A stretch of 64,000 nucleotides of DNA. Origin: Mobula birostris (taxonomy: Eukaryota). A program made the position numbers and the translations under genes. Each line of letters starts with the position of its first letter. The stretch's first letter is position 1. The stretch covers positions 181,119,487-181,183,486 of the forward strand of contig NC_092374.1 in the NCBI RefSeq assembly GCF_030028105.1, in the 5' to 3' direction. Below are positions 47,066-60,599 of this stretch, piece by piece. The notes beneath the pieces are model-generated. The model did not search any database and was not told where the DNA came from. It saw only the letters and a list, made by a program, of their open reading frames with translations.

Positions 47066-48486
47066 CAGAAATCCCACCCTGCAAAAACTCATTTCAGGGA
47101 GGTCTCAACCGGAAGTCTCAACCTCATAGCAGTCTGTGTCAATGAATTTGTTAATTTTGCAAGACATCAGATTCACAAGTGTTTTGTGAAACAGCTGACT
47201 TCTGAATTCTGTCTTAATGTGCCATGTTCACAATAGCTGCTGTCTTGGTTGATGAGCAGACATAGTTTTTTGCTATTTCTGAATCAGGAAACATTTTCCT
47301 GAATAGCTTGCCTGTGTGCTTCCACACCTGGAATGACAGGTTATGCTCAACGATGAAAGATGTAAAGTACACATCAGCTCTAGTGACCTTCTCCGTCGGA
47401 CTTTGGTTTTCTGCTGAAAAGAACTGTGAAATGCTTGAGCAGCGTTCCCTGTGCTTAACTTCTCTAATATGTTGTGGTCCCTAAAAGAAATAAAAGCATA
47501 AGGTGTATCCTTATTACAGTTGTGCGCCGCTTAATGTCTGTTCGGATAACGTCCGATCGCACATATGTCCGTAGTCACACACACACACATTTGCCTGCAA
47601 TAGTCGGGATCAGAACTTACTTTTTTACATTGAAATGGGGGATTTTAAATGAGTGATTTAGAAGTTCTGTATCTTCAAGTTCAAGTTTATTGTCATCTGG
47701 CTGATCGTCCACAAACGAAACAACCTCTGTCCGGACCACGGTGTAGCCACAATACAAATATCGCACACACCACATAAAACAATATATTACCACATTATTT
47801 AATAAAGTGTAATTCAAAATGCATATAAAGTGCGCAGTACAGGTAAACAGTTCGCTGTCCTAATGACGAGACCTCGGTGGGGGCCGGGTATTTATTAAAA
47901 TCAGTTTTTCTTCTGAAAACGGCTGCGCTTAAACCCAGCCCATCGCGGGCTTCGATGTACCTGTAAGTGGAAGTGTTTCAGGAAAAGTACCCCGAAGAAT
48001 TTGCTTGCTGCGAGTGCGTTTTTAAAGATGTCTTAACGGACGATTTTGGAATTTCGCTCCAATTTAAACCACACTCTAATCCCCCTTAAGACGCCAACGC
48101 GCCCCACCCATACAGGACAGCCTCGTGTAGTCACATTGTCACTGCCAGCCTTGGGAATTTCTTCGCCAGGCTTTTGCACTTCATCACTGATAGTTGTCCG
48201 GATGATTTCAGCATCATTACAGACGGCAGTAACTGAACTGATGGAATATGGAAGAGAGAGAGAGGTCGAGTGTAAAACCTGCTCACAGAGAAAACTGATA
48301 GGTCTACTTAGCACAAAGACAGATCAAGCAGGATTCATTCATTTTCTTTCTTTCTTTTTTTTCCCCTCTCCCTCTCCTTCTCTAAAAAATCGATTTCCGG
48401 GAAATTGTATATAATTTGCGGGCATCAAGGAGCCACTACCGATATGCGGGAGACTCCCGGAACTCCCAGGAGAGGTGGGATGTCTG
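47066..48486 (-). mobile_element. Deleted hAT transposon with 6-bp TSD (hAT6-like); LINE tail inserted at about 47675-47895
   Basis: 13-bp TIRs cagaaatcccacc / ggtgggatgtctg; TSD caagtg at 47060-47065 and 48487-48492. Minus frame 47214-47463 reads KVTRADVYFTSFIVEHNLSF...KLFRKMFPDSEIAKNYVCSSTKTAAIV, like a ZNF862-type hAT transposase N-terminal region. Confidence 0.75.
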
Positions 48487-48599
48487 CAAGTGTGGGTGTG
48501 GGATGGCATGGTAAGCATTCTTGATGGTGATGCAACAGTGGCCAAGTATGTTAGCACAGGTAATATTCAAAGATTGAAAGATTAAAAGTGAATTTATTA

Positions 48600-49390
48600 T
48601 CAAAGAATGTATAAATTATACAGCTTTGAGATTTCTTTGCTTGCTGGTAGTTGTGAAACATGGAACCCAAAAGAACCCAATTTAAAAAATAAGATCAACA
48701 CACAGTGCCCACAGGGAAAGAGGAAAAACACGAAACGAATCATGCAAACAATAGATGCAAGCAACAAGAAGAGCTTTGTGAACCAAATTGAGCCCTTGGA
48801 TCCAAATCCCTGGAGCAGTGGGCCCAAAGCCTTGGTATTAACGTGGCAAATTGCCACAAAGTTCGCAGACATGAAGCACAGCAGCCCGGGGCAGTCTGCC
48901 AGCCTTAGAATCATGGAGAGAGGAGCTCCAGACTATCTGGCCTGGCCTTTAAATCCTCTGAACCTTGCGCCCTGCTGCAGCGAATCACTTCGGGTCTAGA
49001 CTTCACTGCCGGAGTCGTCGTTCTTGACCTCCCCAAATTGGGCTGGCGCCTAGGGAGGGTAGATGGTAGTCATTCAGAGACTCCTTCAAGGTGGCCTGGT
49101 TGAAATCACTTGGAATGATGGGGAAGGCATCAGGGTGTGCTTCTTTGTAACGGCTGATCAGAGTGCTCAGCTCCTCCAGTGCCTGCCTAATGTTGGCCAG
49201 AGGTGGAATATACGCAACACCGGGATGACAGCAGAAAGCACCCTTGATAGATGAAATTGATAACTTTTGACTGCTAGATATGCCAGCTCGGGTGAGCAGG
49301 AATGAGACATTGTAGTGCACGGCCATGTTGTGCACCATGATGTATTCTCCACCTCCTCTTCCTGACTCAGCTATTCTGTCAGGAGTCTGC
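48600..49390 (-). mobile_element. Rex1/Babar-like LINE endonuclease region
   Basis: AYIPPLANIRQALEEL...HPDAFPIIPSDFNQATLK resembles Rex1 APE. Confidence 0.7.
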
Positions 49391-49840
49391 ACAGGTTCGG
49401 CATGTCATCAGTGTGTGGTGGAAAGTGTACTGACTGGCTGCGTCATAGCCTGGTATGGGAACACCAATGCCTTTGAGCAGAATATCCTACAAAAGCATCA
49501 TCAATCATCAAAGATCCTCTTCAACCAGGTCACGCTCTTTTCTCACTGCTGCCATCAGGGAGAAGGTACGGGTGCCTCAGAACTTGCACCATCAGATTCA
49601 AGAACAGTTACTGCCCCTCAACCATCAGACTCTTGAACAAAAAGGGGTAACTACTCTCACTGAAGGACTCTTCTCTGATTTCATGCTTGTTATTTATTAC
49701 TACTTATATCTGCATTTTCAGTTTGTTGTCCATTAATCCTGTTTACAGTTACTGTTCTATAGATTTGTTAAGTATGCCAGCAGAAAAAGAATCTCAGGGT
49801 TGTATGTATTCTGATAATAAATTGTACTTTGAACTTAAAA
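49390..49840 (+). mobile_element. Rex1/Babar-like LINE 3' end
   Basis: VESVLTGCVIAWYGN..., ccatcagattcaagaacagttactgcccctcaaccatcagactc. Confidence 0.75.
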
Positions 49841-50364
49841 ATGGCAGGGATGAGCCATGTTTCAATGGCGCAATGTACACAGCAGTCCCTGATGTCCCTC
49901 TGAAACAATGATCTTGCTCTGACATCTTCAATTTTATTTTCCAGAGACTATATTCAGGAATGGAGGTCTGTGTTTCAATTGTAGCTGCAGACCAATTCGC
50001 TTATCTTGCCTCCATTTTTTTTTAAAGGAGAACTGCACCCATGACCTGAGTCAGCTGTCTGGGGTCTACTGATTTTGAGGACTGATAGTTTTTTGAATGT
50101 CTTAAAACAATGTTGCTTGCTTAAATAATGGCTATGACTGTGGACTTGTGAATTCCTGGAGTATGGATGTTTGTGTTTTAGTGGCACGTGTTATTTGAGA
50201 TCAGTCTTTGAGAACTAATAATGCCTTGGCATCTGCAGCCTCCTCTTTGAGGTGTTGAAGATACTTCCCTTAGACTTCCTCAGCCAATGGCTGTACTTCT
50301 GAAATACTATTGGCCTTGAGTACTGTGTTATATATGTAATACCTCTGACTTCAGCAGTCTGTGG

Positions 50365-50880
50365 TACCGATACACTTCAAGCCATCTTCAATTATACTGG
50401 GGCCCTGCCTCAATGACCATCACCCGCTTACACTTAGGTCCACAGTAATGAAATGTTTTGAGAAGTTGGTGATGAAACATATTGGCTCCTGCCTGAGAGG
50501 TGACTTGCCTACCAGAGCAACGGGTAGATTTTATGTCATTAGCTCTTCATTCAATCCTGGAACATCTGTACAGCAAAGATGCACACATAAGGATGCTCTT
50601 TATCAACTACAGCTCAGCATTCAATACCATCATTCCTGCAAAGCTAATCAATAAGCTCCAAGACCTTGGCCTCAATACCTCCTTGTGCAATTGGATGCAG
50701 GATTTCCGCACTTGCAGACCCCAATCAGTTTGAATTGGCAAAAACATCTCTCTCTGCCATGATCTCCATCAGCATAGGTGCACCCACAAGGCTGTGTGCT
50801 TAGCCTCGTGTTCTACTTTGTTTTCACTTATGACAGTGTGGCTAAGCACAGCTCCGATATCTTACTTAAGTATGCTGATT
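50365..50880 (+). mobile_element. Rex1/Babar-like RT fragment
   Basis: CLNDHHPLTLRSTVMKCFEKLV; [20 protein letters not shown]. Confidence 0.8.
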
Positions 50881-51222
50881 ACAGAGACTTGGATGGTGCA
50901 GGGGTAGGAATGGCTACTTCAAGAGCCAGGTTTTAGATGTTTCAGAAAGGACAGGGAGGGAGGCAAAAGAGGTGGGAGCATGGCACTCTTCATCAGTGAT
51001 AGTGTCACAGCTGCAGAAAAGGAGGAAGTTATGGAGGGATTGTCTATGGAGTCTCTGTGGGTGGAAGTTAGAAATAGGAAGGGGTCAATAACTCTACTGA
51101 GTGTTTTATATAGACCAGGGACATCGAGGAGCAGATAGGGAGACAGATTCTGGAAAGGAGTAATAATGACAGGGTTGTTGTGGTGGGAGATTTTATTTTC
51201 CCAAATATTGATTGGCATCTCC

Positions 51223-52113
51223 TGTTACGTAACTGGCAACAATGAATATCAATCGAGACAGGTTATATAAAAACAACCAAACATTTATTAAACACGGATA
51301 AACGATAAGGTAAAAAGAAAACAAACGAAAACTTTAACTGGAAGTTAACAGATAGGCAGCCGTTCACCAATTCGCCACTCGGCTCTGGTTCTTAAAGCGT
51401 TAAATGCGAAAACAGTTCTTAAAGCAATACAGTCAAATGTAGTTGTTAAAGTGATAACTTCGAAAGTCCAACAGATTTACACATTCAATTGGGAGAGACT
51501 TCTCTGGAGAAGGATTTCTTCACAGACGCAACTTTACTGCTGGTTCTGTCCACAGGATTCACAATGTCGAAAATTAACAGTTTAAATCAACTGACCTTAA
51601 ATTCCTTTAGAGAGAGAGCACCTTTTTGCATGAAATCTTTGCTCCTTTTGGCAAGAGTTATCTCGATGCAGGTTGCTGCTCTTCCAACAAAGACTCCATA
51701 AGGTTGATCCTTTATTAAACTGCCAAACGATGCCGACTCCTCTCAATCCTTCGATCCTGTAACTTCGATAAATTCTTCACTCTCCCTTCTAATGTTGGAG
51801 TTGAGTGAATCAACACATTTTGCAAAAAATTCCAATCCAAATAATATGGTATCTTGCAACAGAATGCACACTCTGTTTTAAAAATTAAACTGCATATTAA
51901 AAACAAACATGAAACAGAAACGGAGATACAGTACATTCTACCTGGAAAACTACAAACTCAAAACCCACTGCGTCACCTGGGTCGACCCTTATATAGTCAT
52001 GGGTCACATGTCATCACATGACCTCGCATCGGTGGGAAAATCACATCAGGTGACCTCCAAAAGACCATTACATCATTCTCACAAAAAAAACACATCTCCT
52101 TGAGATGGTAACA
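51223..52113 (-). repeat. 3' LTR
   Basis: TG...CA ends; preceded on the minus strand by the polypurine tract atggagggagg (about 52114-52124); near-identical to 56355-57221. Confidence 0.92.
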
Positions 52114-52420
52114 CCTCCCTCCATAAAAAAAATTGGTCTCTTGAACAACCAAATTTTAACAATTTATACAAAAAAATACAAATGTATAAAATTTACAAAA
52201 TGCACAATATATACAATCTTATCTTTCAGTCCTTTACAAACTAATGTACAGTAGGAGTGTTACAAATGTTAAAATATCACTCCAAAAAAAAACAAATTTT
52301 CATTGTACATTTAACATCTAGACAATCAGTGATCACATTGTCTTTAACCTTAATATGAGTGATCAAAATATTGTACTCCTGTAGCATTAAACTGTGTTAT
52401 TAAATTGGAGTCTAATTTCC

Positions 52421-55127
52421 TTAACCCTTTTCCTTAACGGTCACAGTGGCATGACCAACTTCACTTTTAGCTAAGTTAATATTTAAGTTAACTTTTGAAA
52501 GTCTCTCAAATAATTTCTCCACTGCCATAACATGTGCTTTCCACGGATTATTCCCTGTAACCAAATTATCAATATAGGCATCTGTATCTTTTAATCCCTG
52601 AATCACGCCATTAATCATCCTCTGAAAAGTACCTGGTGCATTCTTCATCCCAAATGGAAGAACATTATATTCTTATAACCCAGGATTGGATACGCATCAG
52701 TTTTTGTCACAGCATTCACCTTTCTGTAATCCGTAGAAAACCTAATACTATAGTCTGGCTTAGGCACCATAACACACAGTGAACTCCAATTCAAATTGGA
52801 ATGTCTAATAATATCATTCTCTAACATATACTTAATTTCTTGTTCAGCAGTTTCACATTTTTCTCTGTTCATCCGATATGGATGTTGTTTTATGGGTTTT
52901 GCATCTCTAACATCTACATCATGTGTAGCTACAGTGGTTCTTCTAGGGACGTCTGGAAATAAATCTCTATATTTAAAAATTAACTGTTTCATCTGCGCTT
53001 TCTGCTCTGGTTGTAAATGTGCTAATTTTTCATTAATATTTTCCAGAATTTTTGAATTTGGTAACCTGGCTGAAATAATGTTGGGTTTAAAATGAGTTTC
53101 GGGTGAATCCTCTGTTAAGTTCTCATCAAGATCAGACTCATTATTGATCACAACAGTCATAGTAGCAACTTCTCTCTCATAATACGGTTTTATCATATTT
53201 ATATGACACAGTTGTGTTGTCTTTCTCCGATCTGGGGTTTTTACTACATAATCCATATCATTTACCTTAGATTTAATCTCATAAGGACCATGGAATTTGG
53301 CTTGTAATGGGTTTGTTTGCACTGGGAAAAGAACCATCACCTTATCTCCAGGCTTAAATAAAATCACCCTAGCTTCCTTATCATACCACATCTTCATCTT
53401 CTCTTGAGCTAACTTTAAATTTTCCTTGGCCAAGCTACAAGCTTTGTACAATCTGTCTTTAAATTTCAAAACATAATCTAGCAAATTAGTGTGTACTTCT
53501 TTATTAATCCACTGTTCCTTCAATAAAGCCAAAGGTCCTCGAAATCTATGTCCAAACACAAGTTCAAAAGGACTAAAACCTAATGATTCCTGCACTGCCT
53601 CCCTTACTGCAAAAAGTAGTAAATGTATACCTTCATCCCACTCCTTTTCATTTTCCACACAATATGTCCTAATCATAGTTTTTAGTGTAGAATGAAATCT
53701 CTCCAAGGCTCCTTGTGATTCTGGATGATAGGCTGATGAAATACTCTGCTTTGCTCCCAGTTTATAAACTATCTGCTGAAACAACCCAGACATAAAATTA
53801 CTACCTTGATCTGATTGTATTTCCTTAGGCAACCCAAAATAAGTAAAGAATATTATAAGAGGCTTTGTCACAGTTTTGGCCATTATATTCCTAAGAGGTA
53901 CTGCCTCTGGAAACCTAGACGCTGTACATATTGATAAATATTAATAAATATTGATGTCCAGTTTTAGTTTTTGGCAAAGGACCTACAGAGTCTACAATGA
54001 TTTTTGAAAATGGCTCACCGAATACAGGAATTGGTTGCAGTGGGGCCGCTGGAGTAACCTGATTAGGTTTACCAACAATTTGACACGTATGACACGTTCT
54101 ACAAAATGTCGCCACATCTTGTCTTAAACTAGGCCAATAAAAATGTTTAGAAACTTTGTTCATAGTTTTCTTTACCCCCTAAATGAACACCCAAAGGTAT
54201 ACTATGAGCCATAGTCAAAATCTCATTTCGGTAAATTTTAGGAACTACTACCTGATGATTAACTTCCCATTCCTCACTAGCGGGAATTGTAGGCGATCTC
54301 CACTTTCGCATTAATACCCACTTTTCAAAATAAAATCCAACTGGTACTTTTTCAATTTCACTATCTGGAAGAGCTTGTTCTTTTGTTTTAACTATCTCAG
54401 GATCTCTACCCTGCTCTGCTATCATCTCCTTTCGAGATAAAGACAAACCTTCCTGGTCAGACTTACCACCAAAATCCTGATCAAATAATGTAGGTAAGAA
54501 AGTTTCTGATACATCCTCAAAGTTCGAATCTTGATTTGAACTGTCATGGGTAACAACCTCATCCTTTACATCAGTCTTTTTAGCCATAGCTCTTGTCACA
54601 ACACAGGAGGAAACTGTGTTAGAATCCCTCTGTGATTCCTCAGAATTTGAATTTATTGTCAAATGCAGTTCAGGAAAAACTTGTCCACCTGCTAAATCAT
54701 TCCCTAACAAAAGAGAAACATCATTCACAGGTAAACGGGATTGTAGTCCTACTTTAACAACCCCTGTAACTAATCCTGACCTTAAATTTACTCTATGTAA
54801 ATGTACAGGCATACGGGCACTCCCTACTCCTCTTATATACTTTACCTCATCACTGTCAGACTCATCACTAAACCTTAGCACACTGTCTACTATTAATGAT
54901 TGTGAAGCTCTAGTATCTCTAAGTATCCTTATTGGTACTGAATTGGATCCATCTTTCGAGGATACAAATCCTTCTGTTATAAAAGCTTCATATCCCTTCT
55001 TAACTTGGTCAGACTCTGACACATCTTCATTAATATTTTCTAAACCCTGTGGCTTTACAGGTTTTTCAATCTGCTGCAAACAAGCATCTGGGGCCACTTC
55101 ATTCACTTTCCGTTTCAACGGAAGCAA
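52421..55127 (-). pseudogene. pol remnants: protease-like region, integrase (HHCC, DDE core, GPY), then RT with deletions; RNase H mostly missing
   Basis: ILRDTRASQSL; HSIPLGVHLG...CRTCHTC; IVDSVGPLP, QSDQGSNF, YHPESQGALERFH, FHGPYEI; KQHPYRM, DYRKVNAVTKTDAYP, NAPGTFQR, AYIDN; several frameshifts. Confidence 0.85.
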
Positions 55128-56249
55128 TTAGCTACTACGTGTCCAGGTTTCTTACAATAATTACAAATAATACCGAAATGTCTTTCCTTCACATGTCTCC
55201 CTTCATCCTTACTTTTCTCACTAACTTTAGATTTAATTTCTGATTTACCTTGACTCTCTGTGCTAGTTTTCCTTTTAAAAATTTTACCTGGAGAAAATTT
55301 TTTCTTGTGAATTAAAACATACTCATCAGCCTACTTAGCAATCTCCTGCAATGTAGCAGTGACCCGTTCATTTAAGCATGTTCTCACTTCAACAGGAATG
55401 CTTCTTTTAAATTCCTCCTGCAAAATCAGCTCTTTTAATTTATTATACCCCCCAGTCACATTTTTAGAGGAAACCCATCTCTCAAAACACACAGATTTCT
55501 CATAGGCAAATTCCACATAAGTTATTTCCACCGATTTCTTCAAATTTCCGAATCCTTCTCTATATGCTTCCGGAACCAACTCATATGCCTTTAACAATAT
55601 CATAATCCAGTGCTTGCTCAGCATTTAAAGCTGTATAAACTTGTTGTGCCTTGCCTTTAATTACAATTTGTAACATCACTGGCCATTGGTCCTTCAGCCA
55701 CTGTAAACTCAGAGCAACTGTTTCAAAATGTTGGAAATATGTGTCCACATCAGTTTCATTAAATTGAGGACCAAAAATAACCTCACAACTAGCAATGAAC
55801 TGTTTCGTAGAACCAGAAGACTGACTCCTGGACTTTAATTTCTGCATCTCTAGCTCAAATTTCTTCTGGTTTTCAGCTTCTCTTTTTGCAAATTCCCTTT
55901 TTTTAAGGGCCTCTCTTTCTTTGAATTCCTTTATTTTATTAGCCTCTCTTTTGGCCATTTGCACTTTAAATCTTTCAAACTTTAACTGTTCAAGATGCAA
56001 CTGCATTTCCAGATTACTCATTGGAAACTTATCTAACACCTCAGCATCAAACAGTTCCAAATTAATATAATGTTCAGCAATTTTTCTTTGACTGAAAGCC
56101 TTGGTGGAATTTTTTGTAACTCCTTTAATATCCAACTTCCTAGCAATCTCCAATACCTCAGGTTTTCTCACATTCTTTAAAGATCCAGAGTCAGGCGTCT
56201 TCAAAAACCAGTCAATATCCATTGTTGCCGAGTACAACACACACACCAA
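55120..56249 (-). pseudogene. gag with SCAN-like region and CCHC knuckle, frameshifted
   Basis: YFQHFETVAL..W...W...LQ...KGKAQQVY...KAYELVPEAYR; CNYCKKPGHVVANC at about 55125-55180. Confidence 0.8.
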
Positions 56250-56329
56250 TCAAACCAAAAAAAATCGGGTATTTTCCTTTTCCAAATCAAAATGGCAATT
56301 ACCAGCACTTAAACTCAAAATCAGAACAC

Positions 56330-56347
56330 ATCCCGGACGAGCCCCCA
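56330..56347 (-). promoter_or_regulatory. Primer-binding site, tRNA-Pro
   Basis: Minus strand TGGGGGCTCGTCCGGGAT, the 18-nt tRNA-Pro PBS known from MLV; 7 nt from the 5' LTR. Confidence 0.9.
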
Positions 56348-56354
56348 CTGTTTA

Positions 56355-57221
56355 TGTTACGTAACTGGCAACAATGAATATCAATTGAGACAGATTATAT
56401 AAAAACAACCAAACATTTATTAAACATGGATAAACGATAAGGTAAAAAAAAACAAACGAAAACTTTAACTGGAAGTTAACAGATATGCAGCCGTTCACCA
56501 ACTCGCCACTCGGCTCTGGTTCTTAAAGCGTTAAATGCGAAAACAGATGTAGTTCTTAAAGTGATAACCTTGGAGGTCCAACAGATTTACACGTTCAATC
56601 GGGAGAGACTTCTCTGGAGAAGGATTTCTTCACAGACACAACTTTACTGCTGGATCCGTCCACAGGATTCACGATGCCGAAAATAAACAGTTTAAATCAA
56701 CTGACCTTAAATTCCTTTAGAGAGAGAGCACCTTTTTGCATGAACTCTTTGCTCTTTTTGGCAAGAGTTATCTCGATGCAGGTTGCTACTCCAACGAAGA
56801 CTCACTAAGGTCGGTCCTTTATTAAACTGCCAAACGATGCCGACTTCTCTCAATCCTTCGGTCCTGTAACTTCGATAAATTCTTCAGTCTTCCATCTAAT
56901 GTTGGAATTGAGTAAATCAACACATTTAGCAAAAAATTCCAGTCCAAATAATATGGTATCTTGCAACAGAATGCACACTCCGTTTTAAAAATGAAACTGC
57001 GTATTAAAAACAAACACGCAACAGAAACGGAGATACAGTACATTCTACCTGGAAATCTATAAACTCAAAACCCACTGTGTCACCTGGGTTGACCCTTATA
57101 TAGTCATGGGTCACATGTCATCACATGACCTCACATCGGCGGGAAAATCACATCAAGTGACCTCCAAAAGACCATTACATCATTCTCACAAAAAAAAACA
57201 CATCTCCTTGAGTATGTAACA
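56355..57221 (-). repeat. 5' LTR
   Basis: TG...CA ends; minus-strand tatataa near 57100 and aataaa near 56420. Confidence 0.92.
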
Positions 57222-60200
57222 CTCTGTAGAGTGAGGGGTTTAGATGGGGTGGAGTTTGTTTGATGTGTTCAGGGAGGTTTCTTAACACAATATATACATA
57301 AGCCTACAAGAGGAGAGGCTGTACTTGATCTGGTATTGGGAAGTGAAACTGGTCAGGTGTCAGTTCTCTCAGTGGGAGAGCATTTTGGAGATAGATTTGT
57401 GATCATGATCACTCTCTCCTTTACCATAGCATTGGAGAGGGTAGGAACAGACAAGTTAGGGAAATGTTTAATTGAAGTAAGGGGAAATATGGGACTATCA
57501 GGCAGGAACTTGAAAGCAGAATTTGGAAACAGATGTTCTCATGGAAACGTACGGAAGAAATGTGGCAAATGTTCAGGGGATATTTCCGTGGGGTTCTGCG
57601 TAGCTATGTTCCAATGAGATAGGGAAAGGATGGTAGGGTACAGGAAACGTTGTGTACAAAGGTTGTTGTAAATCTAGTCAAGAGGAAAAGAAGAGCTTAC
57701 AAAAGGTTCAAAAAACTAGGTAATGATAGAGATCTAGAAGATTATAAGGCTAACAGGAAGGAACTTAAGAATGAAATTCGGAGAGCCAGAAGGGGCCATT
57801 AGAAGGCCTTGGTGGACAGGATTAAGGAAAACCCCAAGGCATTCTACAAGTATGTGAAGGGCAAGAGGTTAAGACATGAAAGAATAGGATCAATCAAGTG
57901 TGACAGTGGAAAAGTGTGTATGGAACTGGAGAAAATGGCTGAGGTACTTAATGAATACTTTGCTTCAGTTTTCACTATGGAAAAGGATCTTGGTGATTGT
58001 AGGGATGACTTGCAGTGGACTGAAAAGCTTGAGTATGTAGATATCAAGGAAGGGGATGTATTGGAGCTTTTGGAAAGCATCAAGTTGAATAAGTCACCGG
58101 ACCGGACGGGATGTGCCCCAGACTACTGCGGGAAGCAAGGGAGGAGATTGCTGAGCCTCTGGTGATGATCTTTGCATCATCAATGAGGACGGGAGAGGTT
58201 CCAGAGGATTGGAGGGTTGCGGATGTTGTTCCCTTATTCAACAAATGGAGTAGGGAAAGCCCAGGATGTTGTAGACCAGTAAGTCTTACTTCATTGGTTG
58301 GTAAGTTGATGGAGATCTTGAGAGGCAGGACTTAGGAACATATGGAGGGGCATAATATGATTAGGAATAATCAGCATGGCTTTGTCAAAGGCAGATCGTG
58401 CCTTACGAGCCTGATTGACTTTTTTGAGGATGTGATTAAACACATTCATAAAGGTAGAGCCGTAGATGTAGTGTATATGGATTTTAACAAGGCACTTGAT
58501 AAGGTAGCCCATGCAAGGCTTATTGAGAAAGTAAGGAGGCATGGGATCCAAGGTGACATTGCTTTGTGGATCTAGAACTGGCTTGCCCACAGAAGGAAAA
58601 GTGTGGTTGTAGGGGGGTCATATACTGCATAGAGGCCGGTGACCAGTGGTGTGCCTCAGGAATCTGTTCTGGGCCCCCTACTCTTTGTGATTTTATAAAT
58701 GACCTGGATGAGGAAGTGGAAGGATGGGTTAGTAAGTTTGCTGATGACACAAAGTTTGGGAGTATTGTGGATAGTATGGAGGGCTGTCAGAGGTTACAGC
58801 GGGACATTGATAGGATGCAAAATTGGGCTGAGAAGCGGCAGATGGAGTTCAAACTAGATAAGTGTGAGGTGGTTCATTTTGGTGGATCAAATATGATGGC
58901 AGAATATAGCATTAATGGCAAGACTCTTGGCAGTGTGGAGGATCAGAGGGATCTTGGAATCCGAGTTCATACGACACTCAAAGCTGCGACGAAGGTTGAC
59001 TCTACGGTTAAGAAGGCATACGGTGCATTGGGCTTCATCAATCATGGGACTGAGTTTAAGAGCTCAGAGGTAATGTTCCAACTATATAGGACCCTAGTCA
59101 GACCCCACTTTGAGTACTGTGCTCAGTTCTGGTCGCCTCACTACGGGAAGGATGTGGAAACCATAGAAAGGGTGCAGAAGAGATTTACAAGGATGTTGCC
59201 TGGATTGGGGAGCATGCCTTATGAGAGTAGGCTGAGTGAACTCGGCCTTTTCCCCTTGGAGCAACGGAGGATGAGAGGTGACCTGATAGAGGTGTACAAG
59301 ATGATGAGAGGCATTGATCGTATGGATAGTCAGAGACTCTTTCCCAGTGCTGAAATGGCTAGCACAAGAGGACATTTTTTTAAGGTGCTTGGAAGTAGGT
59401 ACAGAGGAGATGTCAGAGGTAGGTTTTTTTTGCACAGAGAGTGGCGAGAGCGTAGAACGGGATGCCGGCATCAGTGGTGGAGGCGGAAACAATAGGGTCT
59501 TTTAAGAGATTCCTGGATGGAGTATCTAAGCATGGAGCTTAGAAAAATAAAGGGCTGTAGGTAAGCCTAGGTAGTTCTAAGGTAAGGACATCTTCAGCAT
59601 AGCATTGTGGGCCAAAGGGCCTGTATTGTGCTGTAGGTTTTCTATGTTTTCTAAAGTGTTTGGAGAAAAACAGAATCTAACTCTATTGATGTAGAATTCA
59701 ATTCATGCTGAAACTGTACGAAACAATAAGGAGGGTAGAATACCATGTACAATTCTAGTCTCTACAGGAAAAATGTAAAAGAATTAGTGCAGTTGCAAGA
59801 AAGAGATATAATTATACTGTATTTATGAGACTCTTTGGGATAGGGCTATTTTACTTTATTTTTGATATATTTTTTGTCATTGTACCTTACATTAATTGGT
59901 TTTGCTGTGCTGCTGCTATGAAACAATATTATTTCACAATTTATGCAAGTGACAATAAATTTCATTCTGATCCAGAAAAGAGGAAACCAGTAAGTTTTAA
60001 ATAAAGACACAGGATCCATACTGGACTCTGTCTTAAGATGGTCAAACCACTGTTCACCATGATATCCTTACTCTTGTACTCTATGCACATTGATAAAGCC
60101 CAGGATGCCATATGCTTTTGGAATCTTTTCTCAATCTGCCCTTACTCCCACACACAACACCTACTCCCGAGCAAGATTTCCCTTCTGGTACCCCTTTTAC

Positions 60201-60599
60201 AATCTGCTTACAAAAGCATTCTGAGTCTTTGCCAACCAGATGTCCTGGATGAACCAACAGATTTGCAATCTGTTGAAGTTCAGATCTGTGCCATTTAGGA
60301 TAGGCGATCCAGTCAATCATGTCATCCAAATCCAACTTCCAGGTGATTATTGTGCAGAGGCATATTTCTGAACAAAACTGGGGTCACTTACAAATACTCA
60401 GCAGATGTGGCAGAGCTTGCATGCCTTCCCTTGCTATAAGGCAAAGGCAGGTGGCAACCTTGCAATACTTCCAGATGTGCTCAATGCCTTTTATACGTGC
60501 TTTCAAAAAGAGAATATCGGCACTTCTCCTCGAGCATCCAAAACAACAGCATTATTGTCTTCTCAGTCTCTGAGGCTGATGTCAGAGCATCTTTCAAGA

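Larger units (their letters stand above)
51223..57221 (-). mobile_element. Gmr1-type Ty3/Gypsy LTR retrotransposon, two LTRs, internally deleted
   Basis: LTRs 51223-52113 and 56355-57221 (tgttac...gtaaca); PBS; PPT; domain order gag-PR-INT-RT-(RH); imperfect 4-bp TSD ctcc/ctct. Confidence 0.92.
50885..59612 (+). mobile_element. CR1 LINE (ORF2) split by the Gypsy insertion into 50885-51222 and 57222-59612
   Basis: Endonuclease ...gtggtgggagattttattttcccaaatattgattggcatctcc| continues as |ctctgtagagtgaggggtttagatgg; RT motifs QHGFVKGRSCLTSL, FADDTK, HFEYCAQFWSP; tail tttctatgttttct. Confidence 0.9.

Noticed and set aside
49925-50045. Plus-strand acceptor ttttattttccag followed by a short open frame
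   Set aside because: No partner exons or recognisable product.
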